Part shown: positions 35,761-44,746 of the stretch, piece after piece
Position numbering within the stretch: position 1 is the first letter of the stretch
How the letters are laid out: every line of letters begins with the position of its first letter
Origin: Terrimicrobiaceae bacterium
GTDB lineage: Bacteria; Verrucomicrobiota; Verrucomicrobiia; Chthoniobacterales; Terrimicrobiaceae
Assembly (NCBI GenBank): GCA_036525175.1
Contig: DATDAX010000076.1
Location: forward strand, 1 to 56,194
Direction of reading: 5' to 3'
Length of the DNA: 56,194 bases
The notes under the pieces: model-generated
Told to the model about the DNA's origin: nothing
The model's database searches: none
What the model saw: only the letters and a program-made list of their open reading frames with translations
Position numbers and translations under genes: made by a program

Positions 35761-35925
35761 GGCACCGGATGCTGTTTGCCTCTAAGTGCCGTCGTTGGCA
35801 GCCCAGAGCATTTGGACATGCCTCAGTGCCCACGCTACCGGTGCCAGTCTGAAAGTCCCCCCTTGCATGGCAGCGATTACACGTCCCCTTTGCACTGAGC
35901 GCAACAAATTACGTAGGAATAGGCA
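35093..35925. repeat. Duplicated segment, copy B
   Basis: See copy A at 30930-31760. Confidence 0.85.
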
Positions 35926-36164
35926 TCGAGGGTTGTTCTGGCGGCGGCAGAAAAGGCGGCGAGACCTGCCCCAGCAAGCACTTTGGACTCATGCGTTTCT
36001 AGTTACCTTCAGGGCTCTCAGTTTTAGTTTCGGCTTTAGCGCTGGGTGGACTGCCCTGGTGCTCGTGCGCGATGGTAACTGCCAAGACCTAGGAAATGAA
36101 CCTAACCACTTTGCACGAAGGATCGCGTCAAAATTCGCGCCGGACGCTCGGCCTCAGGTCATAT

Positions 36165-36956
36165 TTACGCAGCAGCTCCCCGAATGAGGCGTTCCAACCT
36201 TGCCGTGAGTTTCTCAAAATGTGTTCCAGACCAGTAAATCCGACCGCAGCCGCAGCACCGGCGGAAATTATCGTAAAAGCGCAAAGTGAGCGGTTCGCCA
36301 GAAAGCCGGGTGAGCACTTCTGACTTCGGCACGGATAGCAGCAATGAGTTGCAGCGGAGACATCGCTGATAGGGCGCAAGGTCGCCGGACTCGGGAGCGA
36401 GGCCGAAACGTCGGAGCACCTCGCGCGCTTGTTCCTCCGCATCCACGCTGCGAGGGCTGTAACCGTGCCGGACGATGGAATGCATCAGCAGGCGGCGATC
36501 GCGAGTCAGCAGCGCGCGATCTTCCGCGACCATGATTTCGAGTAACCGACGATCGTCGGCGTCGCGCTCATAGGCAGTATCAATCCCAAGCAGCCGTAGG
36601 TTGCGCGCGAGTTTGCCGAGGTGACCATCGGCCACGAACCGACACCAATGCTTCGTCTGCAACCTCGGTGCCCGCGGCAGAACCTCTGCTGGTGCAGGAA
36701 CGGCGAAGACTTCCACCCGCCCAGGAGCCTGCACCTGCCAGGCAAAGGTGACCGCTGTCCGCTCGCCGGTGCAAAGATCCGTCGCAACGATCAGATCCAC
36801 CTCCGGGTGCGGCACCCCACACGCCTCAATCACATCCTTGATCGCCGTCTTTTCCCACAACGCACGCAAGAGGCAATTCTCGCTGCGCAAGCCCCGCACC
36901 CCACGACGTAGGAAAAACCCGAGTTCAGCGGAAAAGCTGAGTTCCACCTCAAACAT
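36165..36956 (-). CDS. Mut7-C RNase domain protein (PIN-like nuclease with N-terminal ubiquitin-like domain and C-terminal zinc ribbon)
   Basis: Contains RFVADGHLGKLARNLRLLGIDT...LLTRDRRLL and a terminal C.RCN...CCGCGRIYW.G.H, which matches the PF01927-type layout as I recall it. Confidence 0.75.
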   Translation of the reverse strand: MFEVELSFSAELGFFLRRGVRGLRSENCLLRALWEKTAIKDVIEACGVPHPEVDLIVATDLCTGERTAVTFAWQVQAPGRVEVFAVPAPAEVLPRAPRLQTKHWCRFVADGHLGKLARNLRLLGIDTAYERDADDRRLLEIMVAEDRALLTRDRRLLMHSIVRHGYSPRSVDAEEQAREVLRRFGLAPESGDLAPYQRCLRCNSLLLSVPKSEVLTRLSGEPLTLRFYDNFRRCCGCGRIYWSGTHFEKLTARLERLIRGAAA

Positions 36957-37126
36957 AACGAAAGATACACCTTTGATCTCACATCAAACGCGGCCGTGTT
37001 TCTCGGCCCAAGGTGCTCAAGTGAAAGTGTCCGGCACTTCCCTTTGTCCCAACGAGCGAACAGATCAGGGTCAGTGATAATCAGGGGATCATTTCCATGC
37101 GCAATGATGCGGCCGGACTCGATCGA

Positions 37127-38302
37127 TCAATATGAGAAACTTTCTTGCGGAATTCCCATCCCCCACAGCGAATACGGATCGGCCAGCTCGTTCACGCCCT
37201 CGCCCGCGGCTGAACAGCCCGGCGCGAGGTGTGCCACCGCGCAGGCTCCGAGCGCGGTCACGTAGAGGCCCTGGCGGGTGGCCAGGACGCGATGGGTCAT
37301 GCTGTTTTGTGATGGCAACGCGATGGTCTGTTGCGACTCGATCTGCGCATAACCCCCGCTAAATCCGATCTCGAAGACCGCGTTGAGTGCCATCATCGCG
37401 GCCATTGACGAGCCGAGCAGGTAGATGCGCTCGGGCGCACCTGGCTGGTCGGCGTCGGGTCCAAACGCGAGGTGGATCAGCCCGGACCCCATCGCGGCGC
37501 CGCGATCGAGGTTGAATCGCGAGATCCGGCCCGAGTCGTCGATTCGCCCGAAGCCCCCGTTGCCGCCGCCGGAGCCTCCGAGCGCCGTGAACCACACGTT
37601 TTTATCGGGTCCGGCAATCAGGCCCACTGGCGTTTTGCCGAGACTTTCGGGCAGGGGGAGGATGCTCGTTGTGCCGTCTGGCCGCAGCTGCAAGATCGCA
37701 CTCGACTGGTCGAGGCTGGCATAGACATCGTCGCTTAGCGGGTGAACGGCGACGAAGATTGGACGCGGCGGGCACGGGTGGACAGCGAACTCATGCGGCT
37801 CCTCGATTCCGACTCGGACCACGTGGTGGCTGTCCTTACAAGTCGTCCACACGTGCTCACCATGCTCAATGATTCCATGGGGACCGCGGGCGGGGGCCGG
37901 CAACGCGATGCGCTCGACGATTCGCGGCGGCGCATCGAGATTCCCGGCTACCGGATCGATCCGCAGAAGTTCGGAGGTGAATTGTAGCGTCACCCAAACG
38001 TGCCCCGGGTGGCGACGCGAGACGCACAACCCGTGGAGCCCGTCGTACGCGCTGTTGACGATGTGCCGAGCGACCGCGAGCGGCCGACCGCTGACTGGAT
38101 CCACTCGAATCTTGACGAGCGCGCCGCTCGGTTGCTGAGACACGAGCAGCAACTCCTCGGCCACCTGGACGATCTCGTGAGTCTGCGAGCTGGCGGGAAG
38201 CGGATATTCAATCGCGGATTTGAGTGAGAAGGAGGGGGCGGTCGGGTTCATGGGGCAGGCTATGGGGCCGCGATTCCGCGTGTCAAACCACTCCATGTGC
38301 AA
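37127..38302 (-). CDS. Beta-propeller protein, virginiamycin B lyase (Vgb)/SMP-30-like
   Basis: Has repeated blades such as GPHGIIEHGEHVWTT and LIAGPDKNVWFTALGG...GRIDDSGRISRF. The start may be the internal ATG at 38251. Confidence 0.55.
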   Translation of the reverse strand: MHMEWFDTRNRGPIACPMNPTAPSFSLKSAIEYPLPASSQTHEIVQVAEELLLVSQQPSGALVKIRVDPVSGRPLAVARHIVNSAYDGLHGLCVSRRHPGHVWVTLQFTSELLRIDPVAGNLDAPPRIVERIALPAPARGPHGIIEHGEHVWTTCKDSHHVVRVGIEEPHEFAVHPCPPRPIFVAVHPLSDDVYASLDQSSAILQLRPDGTTSILPLPESLGKTPVGLIAGPDKNVWFTALGGSGGGNGGFGRIDDSGRISRFNLDRGAAMGSGLIHLAFGPDADQPGAPERIYLLGSSMAAMMALNAVFEIGFSGGYAQIESQQTIALPSQNSMTHRVLATRQGLYVTALGACAVAHLAPGCSAAGEGVNELADPYSLWGMGIPQESFSY

Positions 38303-38823
38303 TTGCAGAATCTCTACTCAGCTGTCCGAGGCCAAGTCGAAGGTCGGCTCAGTCGGGGTCGATTCAATGGCCAGCGCGCTGCCGAGGCCGTCAAGCTCCG
38401 ACTTCAAGCTCGTCCGCCGTGCTTGCGCTGAACCGTTCGTGGATGCCGCCAGCGAATTGACGTCGACGGTGAAACAATACACGGCCGGCGCCAGCGGGCT
38501 GACCTTGACCCTACGACAGCGTAAGTCACTGCGGCGACGAGCCGATCAAAAATGTGTCAGCGTCCGGGGACCGCCCGCAACACGTAAGGTATAAACAGCG
38601 CGCTTGATAGAAACTTACTTCCATGGGGGCATTGATAGACTATCAACACGCATTTGTTTGAACCCCCTCCGACCCCAGCGCCGCTCGATCCGTTGACGCG
38701 GACCCTGAAAAAGCAATTTCCTATCAGGAACAACCGATTAGGTGCAAAGAGCAAGATCGCTGTTGCAATCGACGAACCTTCCGCTGAACAATGCGTTGAA
38801 AGCTCTACTTACAGGAGGGCAAT

Positions 38824-40476
38824 ATGACCGAATATCGCGACACCGCCGGGGGCACTTCGCCCACGTGGGAAAACTGGAGCGGCAATATCAAGCACCTGCC
38901 GCCGACCAATGGCGAGAACTACTACTTTACCCCAACAGACCTGAACGAGCTGAAAGCCGTGGTCGCGATGGCCGAGAAAAAGGGCGTGACGGTGCGGGTC
39001 TCGGGTCAGCGGCATTCCCAGCCGCCGCTGGTGACCGAAGACAACCGGGCGGACCCATCGGCGCAGCCCAAGGCCTTTCTCGTCGACATGTCCTGCTACG
39101 TAGATATCGGGACGAATGGAATCGCGCTCGGGCCCGGTGAGAACCAGGTCACGGTGAACCCCGGCGTGCGCGAGGACGATGTCGACGCGTTCCTCACCAA
39201 GAACAACTTGATGATGCGCACGGTCACCGCCGGCGGGTTCTTCAGTCTCGGCGGCATGACCGCGGTAGACGTGCACGGCGCCACGGTCGACGCGCCGATC
39301 TTCGCCGAGACCGCTTCGGCCTTCACGATCCTCGGCGCGGACGGAAGCGTCACGACGATCGATGCGCAGACGCCGGCGGTGAACGGCTGGTCGCCGTTGC
39401 AGTTCGCGCGCGTATCGCTAGGTGGGCTGGGTATCGTGACCCGGGTCACCCTCGACGTGCTGCCGCGCCCTTGGGCGACGACACTGCAGGGCAGTGCGAG
39501 GCAATACCTGCTCAAAGACAAGAAGGCCTTCATTGCGCAATTCGCCCAGCTGCTGGCCGGGCCGTCGAAACATGATCGGATCGAGACCTTCTACACCCCC
39601 TACGCCGCCGCGCCGAACCTACCGTTCCCCGTTCGTCTGGACAATTTCCTCGTGCTTGGCTGGGACGTCGTCAAAAACCCGCAACCCCAGACGCCGAACG
39701 CGGCCCCCGATCCCAAGACGGCCTGCACCCTGGCCGGCGAAGACGAATACGGCGCTCCGTTCCTCGACGGCATCGGGCAGTACGCTTCGAGATACGTGCG
39801 TGAGTCGCAGTATTATTACAATCCCTACGACCCGTTTCACTTTCCTGTCCCGGTGCCTCCCTCGGGCTTCGCTGCCATCGCCATCGACGTAATCAAGTCG
39901 CAAGTCCAGGCCGCGAACAAGATCCATTCAGACCTGTGGCTCGCGAAGGCGGCTCAGGTCATGTTCATGTCCTATTTCATCGAACTGCCCGACCTCGACA
40001 GCGCCGGGCTCGGCAAGGTGTGGGACGGGCTCGATGTGGTGGCGAAGAGGGTCATCCAGGATGGCGCCTTCCATATCGCAGCGCCGATGGAGTTCCGCTT
40101 CATCAAGGCGGGCAATACAGCGATGGCCGGGACGTATTCCGACAAAGCGGGGGCAACCTTCGTCAACCTTGACCTGATCGCCTTTATCGAGCCGACACCC
40201 TCGAGCGAATATCCCGCCAAGCTGCTGCAGTTCTTTGCCGATGTGGAACGCGATTGGGTCGCGATGGGCGGCTTCCCGCATAACGGCAAGATGTACGGCT
40301 TTTATGATCCGAGTCAGCCGACCGGCACGCACACGACAGCCTTCAACGCGAATTTTCTGGCCGAACTGCGCAAGCGCCGGGGAGACCGCCTGAACGCGTT
40401 CAGCGCCTATCGCAAGGCGCAGGACCCGACCGGCCTGTTCTACAACGCTTATCTGCGCCAGCTTCTCGAAAGCTAG
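38824..40476 (+). CDS. FAD-linked oxidase (PCMH/VAO type; cholesterol oxidase / D-arabinono-1,4-lactone oxidase-like)
   Basis: Contains NWSGN......P....EL...V......VRVSGQRHS, and GGMTAVDVHG in the FAD_binding_4 region. A GGAGGG Shine-Dalgarno sequence precedes the ATG. Confidence 0.78.
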   Translation: MTEYRDTAGGTSPTWENWSGNIKHLPPTNGENYYFTPTDLNELKAVVAMAEKKGVTVRVSGQRHSQPPLVTEDNRADPSAQPKAFLVDMSCYVDIGTNGIALGPGENQVTVNPGVREDDVDAFLTKNNLMMRTVTAGGFFSLGGMTAVDVHGATVDAPIFAETASAFTILGADGSVTTIDAQTPAVNGWSPLQFARVSLGGLGIVTRVTLDVLPRPWATTLQGSARQYLLKDKKAFIAQFAQLLAGPSKHDRIETFYTPYAAAPNLPFPVRLDNFLVLGWDVVKNPQPQTPNAAPDPKTACTLAGEDEYGAPFLDGIGQYASRYVRESQYYYNPYDPFHFPVPVPPSGFAAIAIDVIKSQVQAANKIHSDLWLAKAAQVMFMSYFIELPDLDSAGLGKVWDGLDVVAKRVIQDGAFHIAAPMEFRFIKAGNTAMAGTYSDKAGATFVNLDLIAFIEPTPSSEYPAKLLQFFADVERDWVAMGGFPHNGKMYGFYDPSQPTGTHTTAFNANFLAELRKRRGDRLNAFSAYRKAQDPTGLFYNAYLRQLLES

Positions 40477-40513
40477 GCCGGCGCGCCAATCGCCCACCTG
40501 GCCTTGAGGGCAA

Positions 40514-41275
40514 CTAGTTAACCGGCCAATACCCCGGCCTTCCGTAATAGTCGAAAAGTCGCTGTTCGAACTCGCGTGAGATGGGTTCCGCGTGGTTCCA
40601 TTCCGGCGCGTTCTCTATTGTCTCGCGGGAAAGCGCCACAAAAACCTCCTTTGCCTCGAAGCTCATTCTTTCGATCCATTCCGACGAAAGAATGACCTTT
40701 TTTCCAGGCCACCAGCTCCGCAAAATCACGATATAACGCATGCGCCAAGCCTCATCATCGACGATGAAATCATCGACGTGGCCAATCTTCCCATCGGACG
40801 CGTGGATCGAATAGCCGATGATTTCACTTGTACTACGCAGATGCGGATCACCCCGCTCTTGGACGGACTCAACCTTTCGCGCCTCCTCCACGTCCTGTTC
40901 CTGCATCGCAACGGCTGCCGGCCCGGTCCCAAATGAAACCGCTTCAGCTCCGACCCAGTACGCAGGGTGCTTGTAGTAGCGATACCACTTCTCTTCAAAC
41001 TGTCGCGATACCGGCTTGTCCGTTTCAATGGACGGGCTGTGTTCAATTTGCTCTTTGGTAAGATGGACGGCGATGTGTCTACTCTCCTCAGAAATCGTCC
41101 CCAACGAGCGTGGCAAGAGGAGCACCTTGCGCCCCGGGAGCCAGCCACCCGTGTCCACCACGACATAGCGCACAATCCAACTCCGGTCGTCGAAATAGAA
41201 TTCTTTGACCTTGCCAATGTCGCCATCTTCCGCGGCAAGTCGGAAATTTTTGATGTCATGAAAGGCTCGCAGCAT
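40514..41275 (-). CDS. Tandem PRC-barrel domain protein
   Basis: Two copies of D..IG.V..F.FDD..W..RY.V.D......GKKV..P are present. Confidence 0.78.
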   Translation of the reverse strand: MLRAFHDIKNFRLAAEDGDIGKVKEFYFDDRSWIVRYVVVDTGGWLPGRKVLLLPRSLGTISEESRHIAVHLTKEQIEHSPSIETDKPVSRQFEEKWYRYYKHPAYWVGAEAVSFGTGPAAVAMQEQDVEEARKVESVQERGDPHLRSTSEIIGYSIHASDGKIGHVDDFIVDDEAWRMRYIVILRSWWPGKKVILSSEWIERMSFEAKEVFVALSRETIENAPEWNHAEPISREFEQRLFDYYGRPGYWPVN

Positions 41276-41535
41276 GACGGTTCCAAATCCGTAAGATAAT
41301 TCGCAGAGCGCCGGCCGTACGGTCGCAAAAACAAGTGTGAAAATCGAAACGGAAAGACTCCGGCCGATCGTTCAAGGGCGTAACCCACTACGGGAGAATG
41401 CTACCGGAACCACTCCCTCCCACCCTTTCTCACTCGCTATGGGATGGCTGTGGAGCGTTTTGAGCAGCAAACTCTCCGGGGACATGCGTGGATTACCTGT
41501 CTTTTTCCCGGGCGCCGGATGGAATATCGTCGCTC

Positions 41536-42255
41536 ATGCCGCTTGCCTTTCAATTGTTCGGTCCGGCTCATCTCGCGGCGCTCGCATTGATTGTGATTTT
41601 GCCCCTTGCGCTGGCTTTGGCTGTACGCCGTTGGCCCAGTTCCGGGCTTGACCGTGGCGTCGCCAACACCGCTGCCGCGGTGCTCATCCTGAACAAAATC
41701 GCCGTCCTGATCCTCTCGCACAAACAGGGTGCCCTCGATCTGCAAAACGCGCTTCCCATGCACCTCTGCGACTGGGCGACCATCGCAACGATTCTCGCGC
41801 TAGTCGGCCGCTGGCAGCTCCCGTACGAGATGGCTTACTTCTGGGGACTGGCGGGCACGCTGCAAGCGATTCTGACGCCCGACATCGAGGGCGATTTTTC
41901 CGATCTCGCCGTAATGCTGTTTTTCGTCGCGCACGGGGGCGTGATTGCATCCGTCCTCTACCTCACCCTCGGCCTGCGGATGCGGCCAAGACGCGGATCG
42001 GTCCTACGCATCTTCGCCTGGACACTCGTTTATGCCGTGGCGACCGGCGCGGTAAACGCGCTCGTTGGCGCCAACTACGGTTACCTCCGCGCAAAACCGG
42101 AACATCCGTCGCTCCTCGATCATCTTGGGCCATGGCCGATATACATTGCCAGTATGATGGTCCTTGCTTGCGCGCTCTTCTCTGTGCTCTACGGGCCGTT
42201 TCTCGTTGCGGATAAGATCAGGAAGCCGGGCGCTGGCGCTGCACCTTCCCCGTAG
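41536..42255 (+). CDS. YwaF/TIGR02206-family integral membrane protein
   Basis: Contains F.LFGP.HL, LPMHLCDWA and FWGL.GT.QAILTPD. The ATG at 41536 is preferred. Confidence 0.68.
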   Translation: MPLAFQLFGPAHLAALALIVILPLALALAVRRWPSSGLDRGVANTAAAVLILNKIAVLILSHKQGALDLQNALPMHLCDWATIATILALVGRWQLPYEMAYFWGLAGTLQAILTPDIEGDFSDLAVMLFFVAHGGVIASVLYLTLGLRMRPRRGSVLRIFAWTLVYAVATGAVNALVGANYGYLRAKPEHPSLLDHLGPWPIYIASMMVLACALFSVLYGPFLVADKIRKPGAGAAPSP

Positions 42256-42291
42256 GATCTGCGTAGACCGTGATTTTTTCGCCCTTGTACG

Positions 42292-43149
42292 ATGACGATG
42301 AAGCCTGCCAACCCCCTGTTGCGAATGTCGTGCATGGCACTGTTGGTTTACATTGGATTCGCCATTCTGCTCACCGTGCTTCAAGACCAATTCATTTACT
42401 TCCCCTCGCGAGCCTCGGAAAAACGGCTTTTGCACGAGGCTTCATCGACTGGCCTTGAACCTTGGCGCGATGCCGACGGTGCAATCATCGGCTGGAAAGG
42501 CGCCCAGCGGGGGGCACCGGCAGCAAATCGCATGATCGTATTTCACGGCAATGCAGGCTACGCGGTTCATCGGTCCTATTTCGTCAAAGGCTTCGAATCC
42601 ATCGACGCGGGCAAAACCTGGGAAGTCCATCTCTTTGAATATCCCGGATACGGGGCACGTGCGGGGAAGCCGGGCGAGGCAGTTTTCAAGGACGCAGCGA
42701 ATGCGGCGCTTCGCAACCTGCTTGGCGCGGGCAGACAGCCGGTTTTTCTCCTTGGCGAATCGATCGGGACGGGCGTGGCATGCCATGTCGCGAGCGAATT
42801 TCCGAACGAAGTGGCCGGGCTGGTCCTGGTGACGCCGTTCACCTCCCTACCCGACGTGGCCGCCCATCACTACCCGTTTCTCCCGGTTCGCATGCTGTTA
42901 AGTGAACGTTATGACAATGTCGCGGCACTCAAGAAGTATCACCGACCGATTGCCTTTCTGCTCGCCGGAAGGGATGAGGTGATTCCTGCAAAGTTCGGCC
43001 GCAGCCTCTACGACAGCTACGCAGGAGCGAAGCGTCTCTGGACTCAGGAGGACGCCACGCATAATGACCTCGACTATGATCCCCGTGCCGCGTGGTGGCG
43101 CGACGTGTCGGACTTTCTGCTCACTCGCGGCGCAGCCGCACCGGATTGA
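42292..43149 (+). CDS. Alpha/beta hydrolase (N-terminal membrane anchor)
   Basis: Has HGNAG, the nucleophile elbow GESIGTG and a C-terminal H in ATHND. Confidence 0.82.
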   Translation: MTMKPANPLLRMSCMALLVYIGFAILLTVLQDQFIYFPSRASEKRLLHEASSTGLEPWRDADGAIIGWKGAQRGAPAANRMIVFHGNAGYAVHRSYFVKGFESIDAGKTWEVHLFEYPGYGARAGKPGEAVFKDAANAALRNLLGAGRQPVFLLGESIGTGVACHVASEFPNEVAGLVLVTPFTSLPDVAAHHYPFLPVRMLLSERYDNVAALKKYHRPIAFLLAGRDEVIPAKFGRSLYDSYAGAKRLWTQEDATHNDLDYDPRAAWWRDVSDFLLTRGAAAPD

Positions 43150-43596
43150 GGTGAATCGTAAATGGCAGAGGCGCACGGGCCTTCATTCACCATTCACAGC
43201 CCCTTTGGTTGTGGCTGCGCCGCGCGGACGCTGGGAATGTGCCAGTTCGCCGGATATTCTCCCCTACCCCCTATTTCGGCGCCCTTGCACTTCGCCTGTG
43301 CGTCTGGCGAACCTTTTGAAGTGGAATCGCTTCGAAATTAAGCGACCTCACCGCAACCTATTGTTCTGGCGGCGGCAAAGGCGGCGAAACCTGCCCTCAG
43401 AGCAGGTTCGGCTCTCGGCGCCTTTGCTGTGAACGACTCCACGGGCGAAGGCCGGGGAGTTATTCAAGCCGCCGGAAACAACCCGGGTCGAATCACTGAA
43501 AAGCTTTCACACCACAAACCAAAACTACTAACTTTAGCTAAAAGCCCAATCCGCATTTTCGAAGAAAGATTTACTAGTTTCGGGATAGAAACGAGG

Positions 43597-43815
43597 CTAA
43601 AGCGAAGCTGCTTTACTCTTGGTGCCTGTATCAGAGTCGGGCGCGGCCCCACTTGCCTTAGCCAATTCTTCTTCCAGAACCTGGATCGCGCCGCTGATGC
43701 GCAGCATGGTGCTGCGCAGATTATTGGCTTGGCCTTCAATCTCAGCCAACTTCTTCTGCCCGGCCTCGAATTCCGCTTTCAAATCCTGCAATCTGTTCGT
43801 CAGTTGTTCCTGCAT
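43597..43815 (-). CDS. Small (72 aa) coiled-coil protein, unknown function
   Basis: Heptad-like sequence (LQDLKAEFEAGQKKLAEIEGQANNLRSTMLRISGAIQVLEEEL). An AGGGA lies about 6 nt before the ATG. No family assignment. Confidence 0.45.
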   Translation of the reverse strand: MQEQLTNRLQDLKAEFEAGQKKLAEIEGQANNLRSTMLRISGAIQVLEEELAKASGAAPDSDTGTKSKAASL

Positions 43816-44746
43816 ATCATCCCTAAAAATTAGTGAAGCAACACCAACACCGTCCTGCCCTTGCCTTTATCAAGTGATCCCATAGCCGTGCCGATGATGG
43901 TTGACGAGCGCCCCGGTTCTCCTCCTCGGGTGATATCCGGGTAATTTCTTTAGCGATTCGTTCCATATTCCGACTCATAGACGTGCACGAATTTGGCACT
44001 ACTCGGGGTTACCTCGCGATCGCACCATACTGTCGGAGGAGCGTGGCGACCATGGGAATTTTAGTTTTCTTGCCGCGAGGAATAACGAGGATAGTCGGTT
44101 TGGAGGGCGGCCAGCGTGCGAGCAGGCCTCGGGACAGCGTTGCGCGCTGGACCGAGGGCTTTTCGGGCACATTTGGGCTACCATGCTCGGAGGACGATTC
44201 AGGGGGATGGTCGTTTTTCAACATCTCAAGCGTACCGTATGGAGTTGCATATAGACTTGCCGGAACAGCTCCTGTAGGAACTTCAGGATACTGCCTCACA
44301 CGCTGGCGTGCCTCCCACTGTTCGCGATGAGTACGTAGCGATCCGTGGCCGAGTAGATTCTGTATAGAGCCACCTCGTGATCAAGTACGAGCGCGCAGGC
44401 GATCCAGCGCGTGAAGAGTTCCGAAGCCGGTTATTTTCCGGAGAAAAAGCAAGAGGGGCGACGCCATTGCGAGCGCAACCCGAGGAACAACCGGCCGCTA
44501 TTAGAATCGGCGGCGGGTGAGCTACGGCAAGCCATCTAACCGGCGACAACGTCGTATTCTTTTCTTTGACACGGACCCCACCCTTTCGATAAACAAAGCC
44601 CCTGACTACTCTGAGATTCGGGGTGGGCATTGTTCTTTGCCGCAGCTGAAAAAATCAGAATATGAGTAGTTACACCCCCCACAAACTGGACAGTCTGACT
44701 CTACGTTCCGGACCGTTATTCCTCTGCCCCCTTCTAAGCAGCGACC

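Noticed and set aside
44009-44299. 96-aa minus-strand ORF with a C-terminus (TILVIPRGKKTKIPMVATLLRQYG) faintly reminiscent of HicA-type toxins, preceded by a broken frame (…HEVALYRIYSATDRYVLIANSGRH).
   Set aside because: The similarity is too weak to call from memory. The upstream partner has no start and is interrupted, so at best it is a decayed toxin-antitoxin relic.
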